A stretch of 64,000 bases of DNA from Macrostomum lignano (Eukaryota): contig NIVC01003287.1 in assembly GCA_002269645.1 (NCBI GenBank), forward strand, positions 1 to 64,000. The letters run 5' to 3'. The translations under genes and the position numbers were made by a program. The notes under the pieces are model-generated. The model ran no database searches. It was not told where the DNA came from and worked only from the letters and a program-made list of their open reading frames with translations. This document shows positions 12,812 to 25,070 of the stretch, one piece after another (position 1 is the first letter of the stretch; the number at the start of each line of letters is the position of its first letter).

Positions 12812-13886
12812 TATAACTATTTTCTAACATGTGAAACATGTAAAGATAATATAATATTTGAAAACTTATTAATTATAACTAAAATTCGTATGCACATAAA
12901 ATATAATTATAAAATTTGCAAGTAAATAATATATATAACTAAAATAGCTGGACTTGTGTCTAATGCGATTTATTTGAAACCCTTTGGAGCTGCGATCGAA
13001 TTATTTTCGCATTTCTACTATTAGTAGCATGTAATGCAAAATTTATAGTTTTTTGCGAAACTTTTATGTGTCATATTTCGAAATATTCTGGTCGGATATA
13101 TTTTTTTGGAGTGTCATATCTGTGATGTGGCCTGTCGGGTATCCCCTACGATGTGCGTCATTTCTTTGTTTTGGGTCATCACTGATAACATAGGGGCGCA
13201 GAAAGCGCGTGAAAGGTGAATTAGAGGTGCATAAGGTGTACATATGCGGCGTAAATATGTATACAGGTGCATTTCCAAAACACGCTCGAAATTATAGACC
13301 CCTAAAGTGCCTCTTCTGTGCACCTCGCTCACCTTTCATGCCTATGCACGAATATTAACGCATTAAGAATTCGTAACAAAAAATTAACTGAGAGTTACAT
13401 ATATGCTAATCGCTGTTATCCCCTTCCTAATCCTGACAAACCACGAAAAAACATTTCCAAAACTGATCACCTTTCGTGCCTCCAGTGCACACTGTACACC
13501 TTTTCTGCACCTCCACCGCAGCACACCTTTTTTTCACCTTTCACTCCTCCAATGCCCCCAATTCCTATTTTATTCACCTTTTGTGCCTCAACGCACACTG
13601 TGCACCTTTTATGCACCTAACTCACCTATGACACCTGTGCCCCTACCGCCTATTTCGTGCCTTAAATTCACCTTCCGCCCCTGCAGAGGCACTCAGGTGA
13701 ACAAAAGGTGCACAAGTGGCATAAAAAAGGCATAGGAGAGGCGAAAGTGAGGCAGAAGGTGCAAAACTCTTCACCTTTCATGCCTACTTTAAAAACTCAA
13801 AATCCAACGGGCTCGCCTCTTAATCTGAGGCGGTGCCCTAAACGCCCCCTCCCCCAGCAACTAAGAAGATTAATGATTCTCATTAC

Positions 13887-14408
13887 CTGAACAATCTGTC
13901 CGCCAAGAACATTCTGGCACAGGTAGGTGCGCTCGGCAGTTTCAAATGCGGGCATTGGCACCTCTTCAATCTCCATAGCCGGATCGCAGGGCGAACAGCT
14001 CATTAATAGAGTCTTGGTCTGATTCTGGAAGGTGATAATGATGAAGTTATCGAAGCTGCTGCCAGCTGTTCGCAGATTCCAGACGCCTTTGATGCCGGCC
14101 AGATCGATGTTAACCATCTCGTTGATGCCGACTCCGCTGCGAATGATTCTCAGACTGCCGTCTTTGAATGCGCCCGAACAGGTGACTAGCTGTCCCTGGC
14201 CCAGGTTGTCAATGTCAACAACTGCCATGTCAACCACTGGAGCAATATTGACAAAGCTTTCCAATACGCTGACAAAATTGCCCGAACTATCGGCCTCTAC
14301 TAGTAGGCGAATCAATTGACTATCGCCGAAACGGGAGCCAATGAAAACAACATTGTTGTCAAGGTAACTGATTGTCTCCGGTATAGAAATTTCGCCAAGT
14401 AGTTCAAC
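13887..14408 (-). CDS. DDB1: DDB1 exon 5
   Basis: [32 protein letters not shown]...[26 protein letters not shown]...GQIVQ. 522 nt, phase 0/0, AG and GT present. Confidence 0.96.
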
Positions 14409-14614
14409 CTGGAAATGTTTTTACATTGAAGTTGATTGTAGTAATTAGATGCCGAGACAATTATTTCATAGTTGCTCCCGCCGTTTACCCAGCACAAGCT
14501 AAGTTAAAACGTTTTGAGCTTTGTGCCAGCAGAAATAGACTTGATCCTGCTAGTTAGAACGAGTTCTAACAAAACAATAAACGGAGCTCAAATGTTATTT
14601 TAACACCAACAGAC

Positions 14615-14854
14615 CTTCATATCTTTGACTCGGTCGCCTTCCCTCTCCAGGAACAGCATGAACAGCCGGCCGGCCATGTCGCCCAATAGGAATCGATTGC
14701 AATCCAATCGATCAAAGGCCAGCATTGGCGAAGTTCGAATCACTGGCGGAGCGATGGTTTTTAATGAGCCGTCCTTTGAACGGATTGTCACGGTCTCTTG
14801 GCCTACTATTAGTAGGCCCGGATGCGGCATTGGCAGCGGAATTAGCATGGATGC
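14615..14854 (-). CDS. DDB1: DDB1 exon 4
   Basis: ASMLIPLPMPHPGLLIVGQE...RFLLGDMAGRLFMLFLE...KDMK. 240 nt, phase 0/0. Confidence 0.95.
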
Positions 14855-15084
14855 CTGTCAATGGAAATGAGTAATTTAACAATTAGTTGAGTTTCTTAGA
14901 AGCACAAGAGCCAATAATCGGGTAAGTCGGACCAGTTTCTTAGAAAGCGATTTCATAGAATGGCGAGGTGATTGGTTTCTTACAAATATTGGATAAATGA
15001 TTTCTTAGAATGATTACGTATTTTATTTCTTAAAATTGCTTGAATAATATTTTTTTAAATGGCTGGGAATTTTTATTTGAATTG

Positions 15085-15757
15085 CTAGGTAAGTAATGCC
15101 TTAGAATTGCTGGGTAAGTGGTTTCTTGGAATCGCTGGGTAAATGATTTCTTGGAATCACTGGGTAAGTGGTTTCTTGGAATCGCTGGGTAAATGATTTC
15201 TTGGAATCGCTGGGTAAGTGGTTTCTTGGAATCGCTGGGTAAATGATTTCTTGGAATCACTGGGTAAGTGGTTTCTTGGAATCGCTGGGTAAGTGGTTTC
15301 TTGGAATCGCTGGGTAAGTGGTTTCTTGGAATCGCTGGGTAAGTGATTTCTTGGAATCGCTGGGTAAGTGGTTTCTTGGAATCGCTGGGTAAGTGATTTC
15401 TTGGAATCGCTGGGTAAGTGGTTTCTTGGAATCGCTGGGTAAGTGATTTCTTGGAATCACTGGGTAAGTGATTTCTTGGAATCGCTGGGTAAATGATTTC
15501 TTGGAATCACTGGGTAAGTGGTTTCTTGGAATCGCTGGGTAAGTGGTTTCTTGGAATCGCTGGGTAAGTGGTTTCTTGGAATCGCTGGGTAAGTGGTTTC
15601 TTGGAATCGCTGGGTAAATGATTTCTTGGAATCACTGGGTAAGTGGTTTCTTGGAATCGCTGGGTAAGTGATTTCTTGGAATCGCTGGGTAAGTGATTTC
15701 TTGGAATCACTGGGTAAGTGATTTCTTGGAATCGCTGGGTAAGTGGTTTCTTAGAAT
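15085..15757. repeat. 25-bp minisatellite (tgggtaagtggtttcttggaatcgc) in DDB1 intron 3
   Basis: Period 25, about 27 copies with diverging edges. Confidence 0.95.
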
Positions 15758-15847
15758 AAGAACAGCTTTATAAAAGCGATTTCTCGAATGAACATTAGAA
15801 ATCGGTGTGGCTAATTAATATATAATAAAATATGCAAGTTATTGTAC

Positions 15848-16372
15848 CTGCGCTTGAATAGAGTCAATTTTCCAAGGCCCCGGCGCCAGATCTCTGGTGT
15901 CGCAATTGATTTCCACAGTTTTCAGATGACGCCCAACAGAATCCTGAGTTATATAGGCAATCGTAGGATTCACTCCGTCGATGAAAGTCATATCGACCAA
16001 GTCGATCTCTTCGATTCGAACATTGAAAGCTTTCAACGTGTCCGGTCCGGCCTCCGGATTGTAGGGCTTCTGAACAAAGGACACTGGAATAACCTTCAGT
16101 AGGCCTTCGTATAGTTGCAGAGCCACTACACGACCGCGAGGATCCACAATGCCCAGCGGACCGTTCTCAGATTGTCTACCAATTCGTTCGTGCAGATTGC
16201 CAGAGGCCAGGGTCACCACCTTCAGGCAGTGGCTGTTGTCAGCTAAATCATCACCAGCAGCCTCAGTAGCTTCCATCATTGACAAGCCAGTGTTGTCTAC
16301 CTGGCATTCCAATATCATGGCGTCCTTCTTTTGTGTCAGCAGGAAAATCAAATCGGTGCCAGATGTTCGACC
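15848..16372 (-). CDS. DDB1: DDB1 exon 3
   Basis: GRTSGTDLIFLLT...ERIGRQSENGPLGIVDP...LYEGLLKVIP...KAFNVRIEE...GRHLKTVE...GPWK. 525 nt, phase 0/0. Confidence 0.96.
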
Positions 16373-16569
16373 CTGCGCGAAAGAAATAAAAAGTAATAAA
16401 GCTAGCTGTATGCTTTTTTGAGAAGAACTCTATAAAAATATAGGCAGGCTAGAATGTTTTTAGTAAATATAGGGCGGTTTTTTCAAAGAGGTGATAGATT
16501 TCTAGGAGTATTATTATTATTGCTAGGAAAATAATACTTAGACACGATGTGGCAACTTTTACAGTGCTA

Positions 16570-18150
16570 TTCGGCATCTAACAACAACAGTCAGGCGTGG
16601 GACAATGTCAACAGGGCGCGTTTCAGGGCCTTGGCGCCAGCGTAGGCAGCACAGCCGGCGTCAGCCAGCAGGCAGTCGACGAAACGCCGAGTGCGCGCCT
16701 GTCCCCGCCGGTAGAGTGCAGCGTGAGCAACGACTCGGCTAGAATGATATGGCCTGCCAGCTGGAGTCGCCGACGGCGCAACAGCTCGCTCAGTTCCCTG
16801 GGACGAGACAGGCCGGTGCGGCGATAAAGTGCAGCATTGGTGACTCGCTCGTATCCGAATCCGTCAGCGTCCTGCGCCCAGGTCTCGGCGTTGTACAACA
16901 GGACGGTCTCGACCACCGCATGGAACAACGCTGCCCTCTGGCGGTCAGGCAGGGCCTCGGACTGCAGGGCAGCCATCGCGGAACGGAAGAAAGCCCAGGC
17001 AAGTCCACCGTACCTTGCGAACATCAGGCAACAGACCGCCGAGGTAGACGAACTGCTGACGACGTGGAAGCCTCGTCACCTGCCCATCAGCGCCTCGACA
17101 GAAAATTGCAGTCTCGATGTCGTCCGGCACGCAGAGCACGACGGTCTTCTGCGTGTTGACTACCAGGCCAACACTCGCCCAGTCAAGCAACAGAACGAAC
17201 AGGAACGGCGCAAGCGCATCTCGAAGCACCCCGGACTCCGGAGGATGTCTTAAAGAAGTCCGATAGGCCGTCCAGTCTTGAAACAGCAGCTTTCGTATCA
17301 CGGTACATCGCCATGATGGCGAATATCAGCTGCTCTGGCACGTTGTACGCACAGATCACCTTTGGGAGCACAGACCTTACGGCCGAGTCGAATGCCTTCT
17401 TGATGTCTATGAAGATGACAATCAGGATCGATTGGGGTGTCCGCGCTTCCTCGATAACTTGCTGAATAGCCAGGATCTGCTGCGTTACTGTGCCGCGATG
17501 GGGCCGGAAGCCGTTCTGCTCAGGACGCAGGTACGGATCCAGTACGGGCTGCAACCGCGATAACAGCATCCGGATGAACAACTTCGCAGTGCAGGACTGA
17601 AGGCAGATACCTCGATGCTCCTCTAGCCGTGTGGTGTCCGGCTTTTTAGGAACTGCGACGATGTGCACCGTGGTCCATTCGTTGGGAGCACGCGATTCAT
17701 CACCCTGGCGACCTCACTGGCCACACAGTAGATGCGCGGCAGAGACGGCCCGAATGGCGTCATCAACAGCAGCCTGCAGTCGCTGCAGATAGACAGCCGC
17801 CAAGGCCTCCTCTGCCTCGCGGGTTGGTCTCCTGCTCAAGCGGAGTCTTTCCAGCTATTCCCTCGCTTGCCGAATCGCGGAGTCGTCTTGCCATACCGGC
17901 TGCCCCTACTAGGCTGGTCGTATCAGCGGGACTGCTTGTTCCACAGCAGCTCGAACAGCAGCACACAACTCCACGTACTCGGCACCTCCACGCTTGCCGC
18001 CGAGCGCAGTGATGAAAGTGCTGGTAAAGCGGCTGTTTGTGTCAACATCCAGATTGTGACTTGTGAGACAAAGGTCACAGATGAGGAGTCGATGATCGAA
18101 CTGCAGAGTCAGCGGCATGATGGCATTGTTACTGGCATCCTGGGTCTTAA
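16570..18150 (-). mobile_element. Degenerate RTE-clade non-LTR retrotransposon (endonuclease end plus RT) in DDB1 intron 2
   Basis: Frameshifted motifs DHRLL (APE end), HRGICL, QNGFRPHRGT, FIDIKKAFDS, LAPFLF, VETVLLYNAETW, RRRRLQLAGHI. Boundaries are approximate. Confidence 0.85.
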
Positions 18151-18434
18151 TTTGAGATGCCGAGTTGAAAAAGTTCAAAATCAAATAAAATACCTGCGCC
18201 TTTTAGATCCACAGAGGTCTGCAGACTCTATGCTTACAGGGTACTTAAATCTGACAGTTAATATAAGTCTTGAAATTCCAGTGATTATAAATTTATTGAT
18301 ACTTCAATCAAATTTGAATAACAAAAAAAACAAATGGCAGCCAGATTGAAAAATGGGTTACTAATTTGGCATCTGGAGATGATATGCCATGACATAAAAA
18401 CCCAGCTGATATTACTAGATAATAAAATAGATAC

Positions 18435-18583
18435 CTGAGGCTGAAATCCAAGCAGTACACTGATCTTGCCATATATAGAGATCTCCTTAATAGTCTTGAC
18501 GCCACTGGAGCTGACAACATGTAACTCGAGAGTGTTGTGCTTGGCAACTAGCAAATTTCTATGATTCTTGCCAGTGAAATGAC
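18435..18583 (-). CDS. DDB1: DDB1 exon 2
   Basis: (G)HFTGKNHRNLLVAKHNTLELHVV...IYGKISVLLGFQPQ. 149 nt, phase 1/0. Confidence 0.95.
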
Positions 18584-18919
18584 CTGTTGTTGAGTTGATG
18601 TTATGATTAATTATTATTAAGTATAAGTGATACACATAACTTATCAAAAGCAATATAAACTTGAAAAATATGATATCAAAACAAAAAATAGGCCTAACTG
18701 AAAAATGTTACTTTTACAAACTAGAAAATCAAATAATGCTTAAAAGCCCACTAAAATAAAATAAAACACTACCAAACTTTTGTAAGTTCAGAACTTGAAA
18801 AGCCTAATAAATCAATTTATAAGCAAATAAATAAAAGAAAAGTATAATGAATAAAATCTTATAATTTTTTTGTTTGGTATAACAGTCTTTTATAAATTTC
18901 CATGAACTAATCTTTAGAG

Positions 18920-19419
18920 CAGGGGTCGGCAAAATGCGGCCCGCGGGCCAGATCCGGCCCGCGTCATCTTCAAGTCCGGCCCGCAGCACTCTTACTATCT
19001 AACAATGTTAAAGTGGCCCGCGAACCAATTTTGTGTTGAAACATTCAACTTTTCAAGCAAAATTAGCTTTCACCTCGGCATTCCTATAACAATACTGTGT
19101 CAATTTCAATTGTGATGTTGTTGGTTGTATTTGGTCTATCATATAAAATTGGCGGCTATCCTTTAGTAGAATCATTTGTTAAATTAATTTTTGATTGAAT
19201 TCGATTTCTTTCTATTTTTAGAGTCCAAAAATATGAAACAAGTGAACAATCTAACAGTTTACAATTAAATGTACTGGCAGCTAAATTGTTTGTTATAGTC
19301 AATTGCCGCATCACGACACGAAGGTACTACTTTGTGTGCATTGTTGTGCATTTTTTTGGCCCGCCACCTCAGCCAGTCATCCAATCCGGCCCGCACTGAA
19401 AAAAGTTAGCCGACCCCTG
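18920..19419. mobile_element. hAT (Charlie/SPIN-OC1-like) MITE, 500 bp
   Basis: TIR CAGGGGTCGGC / GCCGACCCCTG; 8-bp TSD CTTTAGAG at 18912-18919 and 19420-19427; subterminal CGGCCCGC motifs. Confidence 0.92.
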
Positions 19420-19690
19420 CTTTAGAGATTCCTTTTTAAATCAATTATAGTATTATTCAAATATTTTTTGTTTGTTTTGACTATTAAATACTATATTTTA
19501 GCCAAGGTCTAAAATACACTAGACACCCCCTTTGAATACCTAATGGCACCAATATGCCAGATTGTGTCTATATAACTAGGAGTCAATCCCCACAAGACAC
19601 TGTCTACAATAATGGCCATTGGCTGCCATAAGGATTTAAAATACATTTTTCTTTTGTTTTTTACCTATATACATTTTTACAATTTTTGGT

Positions 19691-19988
19691 CATACATGCA
19701 CAACCTCCAAATTTCGGTCGGCCGTGCGACTTAGTTTTAACAAAAATGCGACGTAGTTTTTGGCCAAAAATGCAACTTACATGTAGAAACCCTAAAAGCA
19801 AAATTAACGCAACTTTGGGTAAACGGCAGGAGTAACTATGACTGTCTTATAAACCCAAAATGCCTCGTCAGCTACTTAGTACTACTACTCTGTGTTTTTT
19901 TTGGGTTGGCATTTTTTGCGACTTCCTTGGTTGGCCGCCAAATCGGTCGGCCGGATCGGCCGACTTGTCCGACTATTGTGCATGTATT
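19691..19988. mobile_element. hAT-type MITE, 298 bp
   Basis: TIR CATACATGCACAA / TTGTGCATGTATT (one terminal mismatch); 8-bp TSD TTTTTGGT on both sides. Confidence 0.7.
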
Positions 19989-20150
19989 TTTTTGGTATTT
20001 GATTAGATTGGTTTTGCAACAAACTTTTTATGGCCACTATCACCTAGCTAGGTTAGCTGAATATTTAGCATGTAAAGGTAAATAGCAAAATTAGTTTCAG
20101 TCTTTAAATAGGTTAGGCTTATAAATTATCATTCATTTATTGCTCTACAT

Positions 20151-20404
20151 CAGTGGCGGCACAGTACCTCCTATTGGGGGGAGGGGGTAGTAGTTGGGTG
20201 GTCACCCCTTCCCCTAGCAAATTTTCAGAATTAGAGTAGTGCATTACTCTAAAATCTCACAAAAGTGCATATAATAAGCTTATAATAAACAATTATGGTG
20301 GGTTACCCTATAAAGGGATAGGAGGGTAGTCATCCCCAAGGAGGTAAGAGGGGTTATCACCCAGGGGCAATAGCCCCCTCTGCTCTCCACCTGTGCTACC
20401 ACTG
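20151..20404. mobile_element. hAT-type MITE, 254 bp
   Basis: TIR CAGTGGCGGCACAG / CTGTGCTACCACTG; 8-bp TSD CTCTACAT. Confidence 0.88.
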
Positions 20405-21546
20405 CTCTACATTGAATTCCAATATAGATTAGTGCCAACAATGTTTCTAGATAAACTTAAAACATTAAATAAAAAAGGATATACAAAAAAATAGTATGTC
20501 AATAATCAATATTATATTATAAAACAAAATTAGATATATAAGGTAAAAAATTAATATATATAATAATATACTTTTAAAGTAGGCCTACTTCTTTAATAGA
20601 CTCTGTTTAACAAACTGTCTAACAATATTTAATAAATAACTAGGCTTAGGCCTAGCAAAGGATCTTTATTTTATTTTAGATTTTAAAATTAGAAATTTTT
20701 AGATAATAAACTCAAAATCAGTTAAATTCTAAAAAATGTTTATTAGTATTACTCATGCACTTAAGCCTAGGCCTAAGGTTTGAATAAAATATTCTGGCTT
20801 TATTCTATTTTCAAAGATGTTATTCATAGAACCAAATAATAATTTAAAAAGTTTTAGTTTTAGGCCTAGTATATAAAATAAATTTTGAAATCATTCAAGG
20901 CCTATTTTTATATACTAAAAACTTGAACAAAATAGTTCAATAAATAGAACATAATTATAACAACATTATATACAAATTTGTAGACAGTATAGCCTATTCA
21001 ATTAGATAGGTAGTTTTTTAGATCATATTTAACATTGAGAAATTTCTTAGCCAGGATGGATGTACTGTCCCCCAGAAAAATTTCTGATCAAATGGTTTAA
21101 GTTTGAAGAAAATTGGTTGAGCATTTTTTTCTAAAATATATTGCATAGTTATAGACAACTCATTTTTAGTATATGGATTTAACTGTCTTCTTTCCGGACA
21201 ATTTTGAATCTTTTGGCGAAAATGCGATCAAAATCAGTCAAGAATAGCGAGCTCTAGAGCATTATGGACATTCAAGCAAACATACAAACCTTACAGATTT
21301 AGTATATTTGGATTCATAAATCATAGCATAGGTCTATATTGCAAGCCATGGCCTAAGGCACAAGTTAAGTAAGTCATAGCCATGCGAGTTAAATACAATG
21401 TAAAAAAACATATTAGAAATAAAAAAATGTATAAATAAAACCTTCATTTAAAATTATGAGACTAATGAACTTTCATAGATACAAAAAACAAATATATTAC
21501 ATGGATTCACTATCGTCTATTCAGTATTCTATCTTATCAGGCATAC

Positions 21547-21607
21547 CTGTAAGAGAGCAGCTTACTGCAGTAGATCGTTGGGCTGTTACAATATAATTTT
21601 TCGACAT
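21547..21607 (-). CDS. DDB1: DDB1 exon 1 (start codon)
   Basis: MSKNYIVTAQRSTAVSCSLT(G), matching DDB1 [21 protein letters not shown]. Phase-1 donor GTATGC joins exon 2 in frame. Confidence 0.95.
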
Positions 21608-21756
21608 TATTATTGCAGAAAGTAAACTAAATATTAAAAGTGCGAACTTTTTATATATCCTTCTTTCTGTTCGCTGAACTACTCGCTGAAACGACGAACA
21701 AACTACGAAAACAAGTGTAAGCTTCAGCTTCGACGCCGACAGACGCACAAGTCGTA
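21608..21756. promoter_or_regulatory. Putative compact bidirectional promoter between DDB1 and PHF12
   Basis: 149 bp between the DDB1 ATG (-) and the inferred PHF12 ATG (+). TATATAAA on the - strand at 21650-21657. Depends on the micro-exon call. Confidence 0.45.
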
Positions 21757-21765
21757 ATGTTATCA
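21757..21765 (+). CDS. PHF12: Putative PHF12 first coding micro-exon (MLS)
   Basis: ATG TTA TCA followed by a perfect GTAAGT donor at 21766. Phase 0 matches the acceptor ending at 26656. Inference only. Confidence 0.5.
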
Positions 21766-22135
21766 GTAAGTTTTAAAACAACTATTTTTGCCAAAAAATT
21801 TTAACTACAATTTTAGGAAATTGCAAAAAAATTAAAATTTATTTTATAGCAGTACAAATTTTAAAAAAATTTATTTAATTTTTGTATATTTTGTGTTATA
21901 ATTTATGATATTTTTAGCAAAAATTTAAAAAGCAATTTAAATTTAACCCTGTATAGAAATTAATATTTGTCTGATTAGGCCTGCTGTTTCTATCTAATTC
22001 AATGACCTGCTTTTCTAAGTCTAATTGACTCTAATATATAATCTTTAACTTCAGAAAAAATAGTAGTATAGTTTGACTTGATTTTCGAGATAGATAGACA
22101 TCATTTCAAGATAGGCCCTAGGCCTACAAAATAGG

Positions 22136-22332
22136 CAGTAGCGCAACCAGAAATTTTTCAAGGGGGGGCGGATTCTGAGGGTAAAGTCCCGGGAGGGGGG
22201 GGGGCGGCGGAGGGGTGGCTCTGTTTTTGGCGAAAATTCGCTTGGTCCCCCCTTTGATTTTTTTTCGGTCCCCCGCCTAAGGGCTAAGGGGGGGGGCGAC
22301 CGCCCCCCCGCCCCCCCCTGGTTGCGCCACTG
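22136..22332. mobile_element. hAT-type MITE, 197 bp
   Basis: TIR CAGTAGCGCAACCAG / CTGGTTGCGCCACTG; 8-bp TSD AAAATAGG. Confidence 0.9.
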
Positions 22333-22911
22333 AAAATAGGCCTACATTACTCATTCGCTTATCAGTGATCATTCAGATCTAATTTCAAGGTCCAGTTTTG
22401 AACATATCAAAAAAATATCTTATCTTAATTATTTATCTTATATTAGGGCCTATCAATTTATCTTTTTGTTTTTTTATTTACAGCTCTATGGCTTGTTTAA
22501 TTTTGCTAGTAAATAGTAATGTTTCAAATGGATTAAAGAGATCCTACACATTAAGTTGTAAAATAACTTAGTAGGCCTATTTGGCTATTTGTTTCATTAT
22601 TTTTCAAAATAAAAACTAAGTTTATTTAAATTTACATTCTAAAATATAGTTCAAATACATGCAATAGTTTTTTGGCATTATATAAACATCAAAGTATCAA
22701 TCCATACTTTACAAAGAGTACTTTAAAAAAGTTCTAAGCCTTGGTATGAAGCCATAGTCAGGAAGGTATATTATGTGCGCGGCAACAAATTCCTAGTCAA
22801 ATTTTTAACTGTATGCTATGCGCCAAGTAAAAAAAGTGCATGTGTACCAAGAATCTTATTTTGAATTTTGAATTTTATATATTTCTAAATTTTTCTTTCA
22901 TGTTTTATTAA

Positions 22912-23563
22912 AGGCACTGAAGGCAGTGCTTAGGCCTATCCCCATGGTACCATAGGAATAACTTCTGTCTTATTCCAATAGTACCATAGGAATAATTTTT
23001 TGTTTATCTGCATAGCACACAAACAAGATAGTTGCCCTACATTCTATGTGTGCCATGGGAATAATTTTCTGCTTATCTGCATAGAATAATAAGATAGCTG
23101 ACCTATCTTTTACATATGCCATGGGAATAATTTAGTTTGTTGCTTACATTTTGAGTGCAGTATAATAACATAACTTTGCTTAAACATTTGTTTTATAGAA
23201 ATAAACATTTTTTGGCCTTTCTATGCAAAAACAACACTTTTTTCTATTGAAAAGTTATGATTTAAAGTAAATTATTCTAGTAATTGTTCATAAATTAAAT
23301 TTTTACCATAGTCTATGACAGAATCTATGATTAAAATTTAGTGTCTATCCTCTTAGCAAGATTGAAATGTAGAAGATAAGGCAGATATCTTGTCAGTGTG
23401 CCATGTAGATAAACAAAATAATTCCTATGGCATATGTAAAAGATAGGCCAGATATCTTGTTGGTGTGCTATACAGATAAGCAAAACATTATTCCCATGGC
23501 CATTGGAATAAGACAGAAATTATTCCTATGGTATTGTGAAGGTAGGGGGCCTAAGCACTTCCT
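22912..23563. mobile_element. Foldback-shaped non-autonomous element with TTAA flanks (Kolobok-like), 652 bp
   Basis: TTAA|AGG...CCT|TTAA. Imperfect inverted arms of about 200 bp beginning AGTGCTTAGGCC and built of CCAT(A/G)GGAATAAT sub-repeats. Confidence 0.65.
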
Positions 23564-23719
23564 TTAATAAAGTAAAGATGGTCATAATATTTAATTTTTT
23601 AATATAATGTGTATCATTTGTAGATTTGGAAAAAAACTTTTTATACTATTTGAATTGAATTAGATATTTGAAAATGGAGCAAGTATATATATACATGTCA
23701 TACTTTATATCTATATCTA

Positions 23720-24096
23720 TATACTAATTTTGTGCTGTATTCGTGTGTCCGTGCGTGCGTTTAATAGATTTTTTCGAGAATGGCTCAACCGATTCTCTTC
23801 AAACTTGCATCATTCAATAAAAAATTTTCCTGGGATGGTGCATGCATCTTGGCTAAGAAATTGATCAATATTAAAGGGATTAAATATTCGAAAAACATGA
23901 TTTTCTGCGAAGGTCAAGCAGCTCTTTCGACCTGAAATGCATTGTAAGAATGCTAGAGAAAAACCTGACTGACTGAATTTCAATTCTGATAAAGATTGCA
24001 TCACAGCAAGTTGAAAACAGTGTCGAAGAAATGCACACCCGACTTGATTTAAATTGCGTAACCATATTGCTAACTTAAATTGAGACTGATACTAGC
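23720..24096 (+). mobile_element. Helitron-like non-autonomous element; partial inverted relative at about 21040-21135
   Basis: TCTATATCTATATACTAAT start, GTCCGTGCGTGCGT, GGCTCAACCGATT...AAACTT, CTAG end. The second copy is recognisable by eye but diverged. Confidence 0.45.
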
Positions 24097-24329
24097 TGAC
24101 TGAGAAATTGATTATGTCATAACTTTTTACTCCAACCGATTTGCTATAAGAATTGAATTATAAGGGCCACAATTCATGTTCTCCAATCGACAAGAGATAG
24201 CCTAGATGCGAACAGACTGGAATGCTAATGTAGCGACCTGGGTTCGAAACTTAGTAGTGCAAAATAATTTTTTTATTTAAACATCTTAAAAACAAAATGC
24301 TAAACATAAAAGAAGCACAACAAAAGTGG

Positions 24330-24780
24330 CACCATTTCAAACATTAAAGGCCACCATGTCAAACATATATGTGATTCCATGTCGAACATTAAAGAGCCAC
24401 CATGTCGAACATTAAAGAGCCACCATGTCGAACATTAAAAGCCATCATTACAGACATTAAGGTGCCACCAGGTCAAACATTAAAGAGCCACCATGTCAAA
24501 CATAAAAGAGCCACTATGTCAAACATCAACGAGTCACCATGTCAAGCGTATACATGACTCCATTTCAGACATTAAAGTGCCACCATGCCAAACATTTAAG
24601 AGCCACCATGTCAAGCGTATAAGTGACTCCATGTCAGACATTAAAGAGCCATCATTGCAGACATTAAAATGCCACCAGGTCAAACATTAAAAAGCCACCA
24701 TGTCAAATATAAAAGAGCCACCATGTCAAACATTAAAGAGCCACCATGTCAAACACAAAACAGCTACCATGTCAAACATA
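24330..24780. repeat. Degenerate 23-24-bp tandem repeat (ccaccatgtcaaacattaaagag)
   Basis: Recurrent unit with diverged copies. Confidence 0.8.
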
Positions 24781-24782
24781 AA

Positions 24783-25070
24783 TGGGGTGCCTACTATCTT
24801 GGAGTGCTTGCTATCTGGAGATGCGTGCTATCTGGGGGTGCTTGCTATCTGGGGGTGCTTGCTATCTGGGGGTGCTTGCTATCTGGGGGTGCTTGCTATC
24901 TGGGGGTGCTTGCTATTAGGTGGATGCTTGCTATCTGGGGTGCCTGCTATCTTGGAGTGCTTGCTATTAGGTGGATGCTTGCTATCTTGGGGTGCTTGCT
25001 ATTAGGTGGATGCTTGCTATCTGGGGTGCCTGCTATCTGGGGGTGCTTGCTATCTGGGGGGTTGCTTGCT
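24783..25070. repeat. 16-17-bp tandem repeat (ggggtgcttgctatct)
   Basis: Direct tandem copies. Confidence 0.88.

Larger units (their letters stand above)
680..13811. mobile_element. 13.1-kb non-autonomous CACTA/EnSpm-like element (CCC...GGG termini, 3-bp TSD CTC) filling DDB1 intron 5
   Basis: Left end CCCGTTGGA-N17-AGGCATAAAAGGTGAA; right end (reverse complement) CCCGTTGGA-N17-AGGCATGAAAGGTGAA. CTC at 677-679 and 13812-13814. AGGTG/AGGCA-rich subterminal arms; 706-782 is an inverted near-copy of 13264-13343. No transposase seen. Confidence 0.62.
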
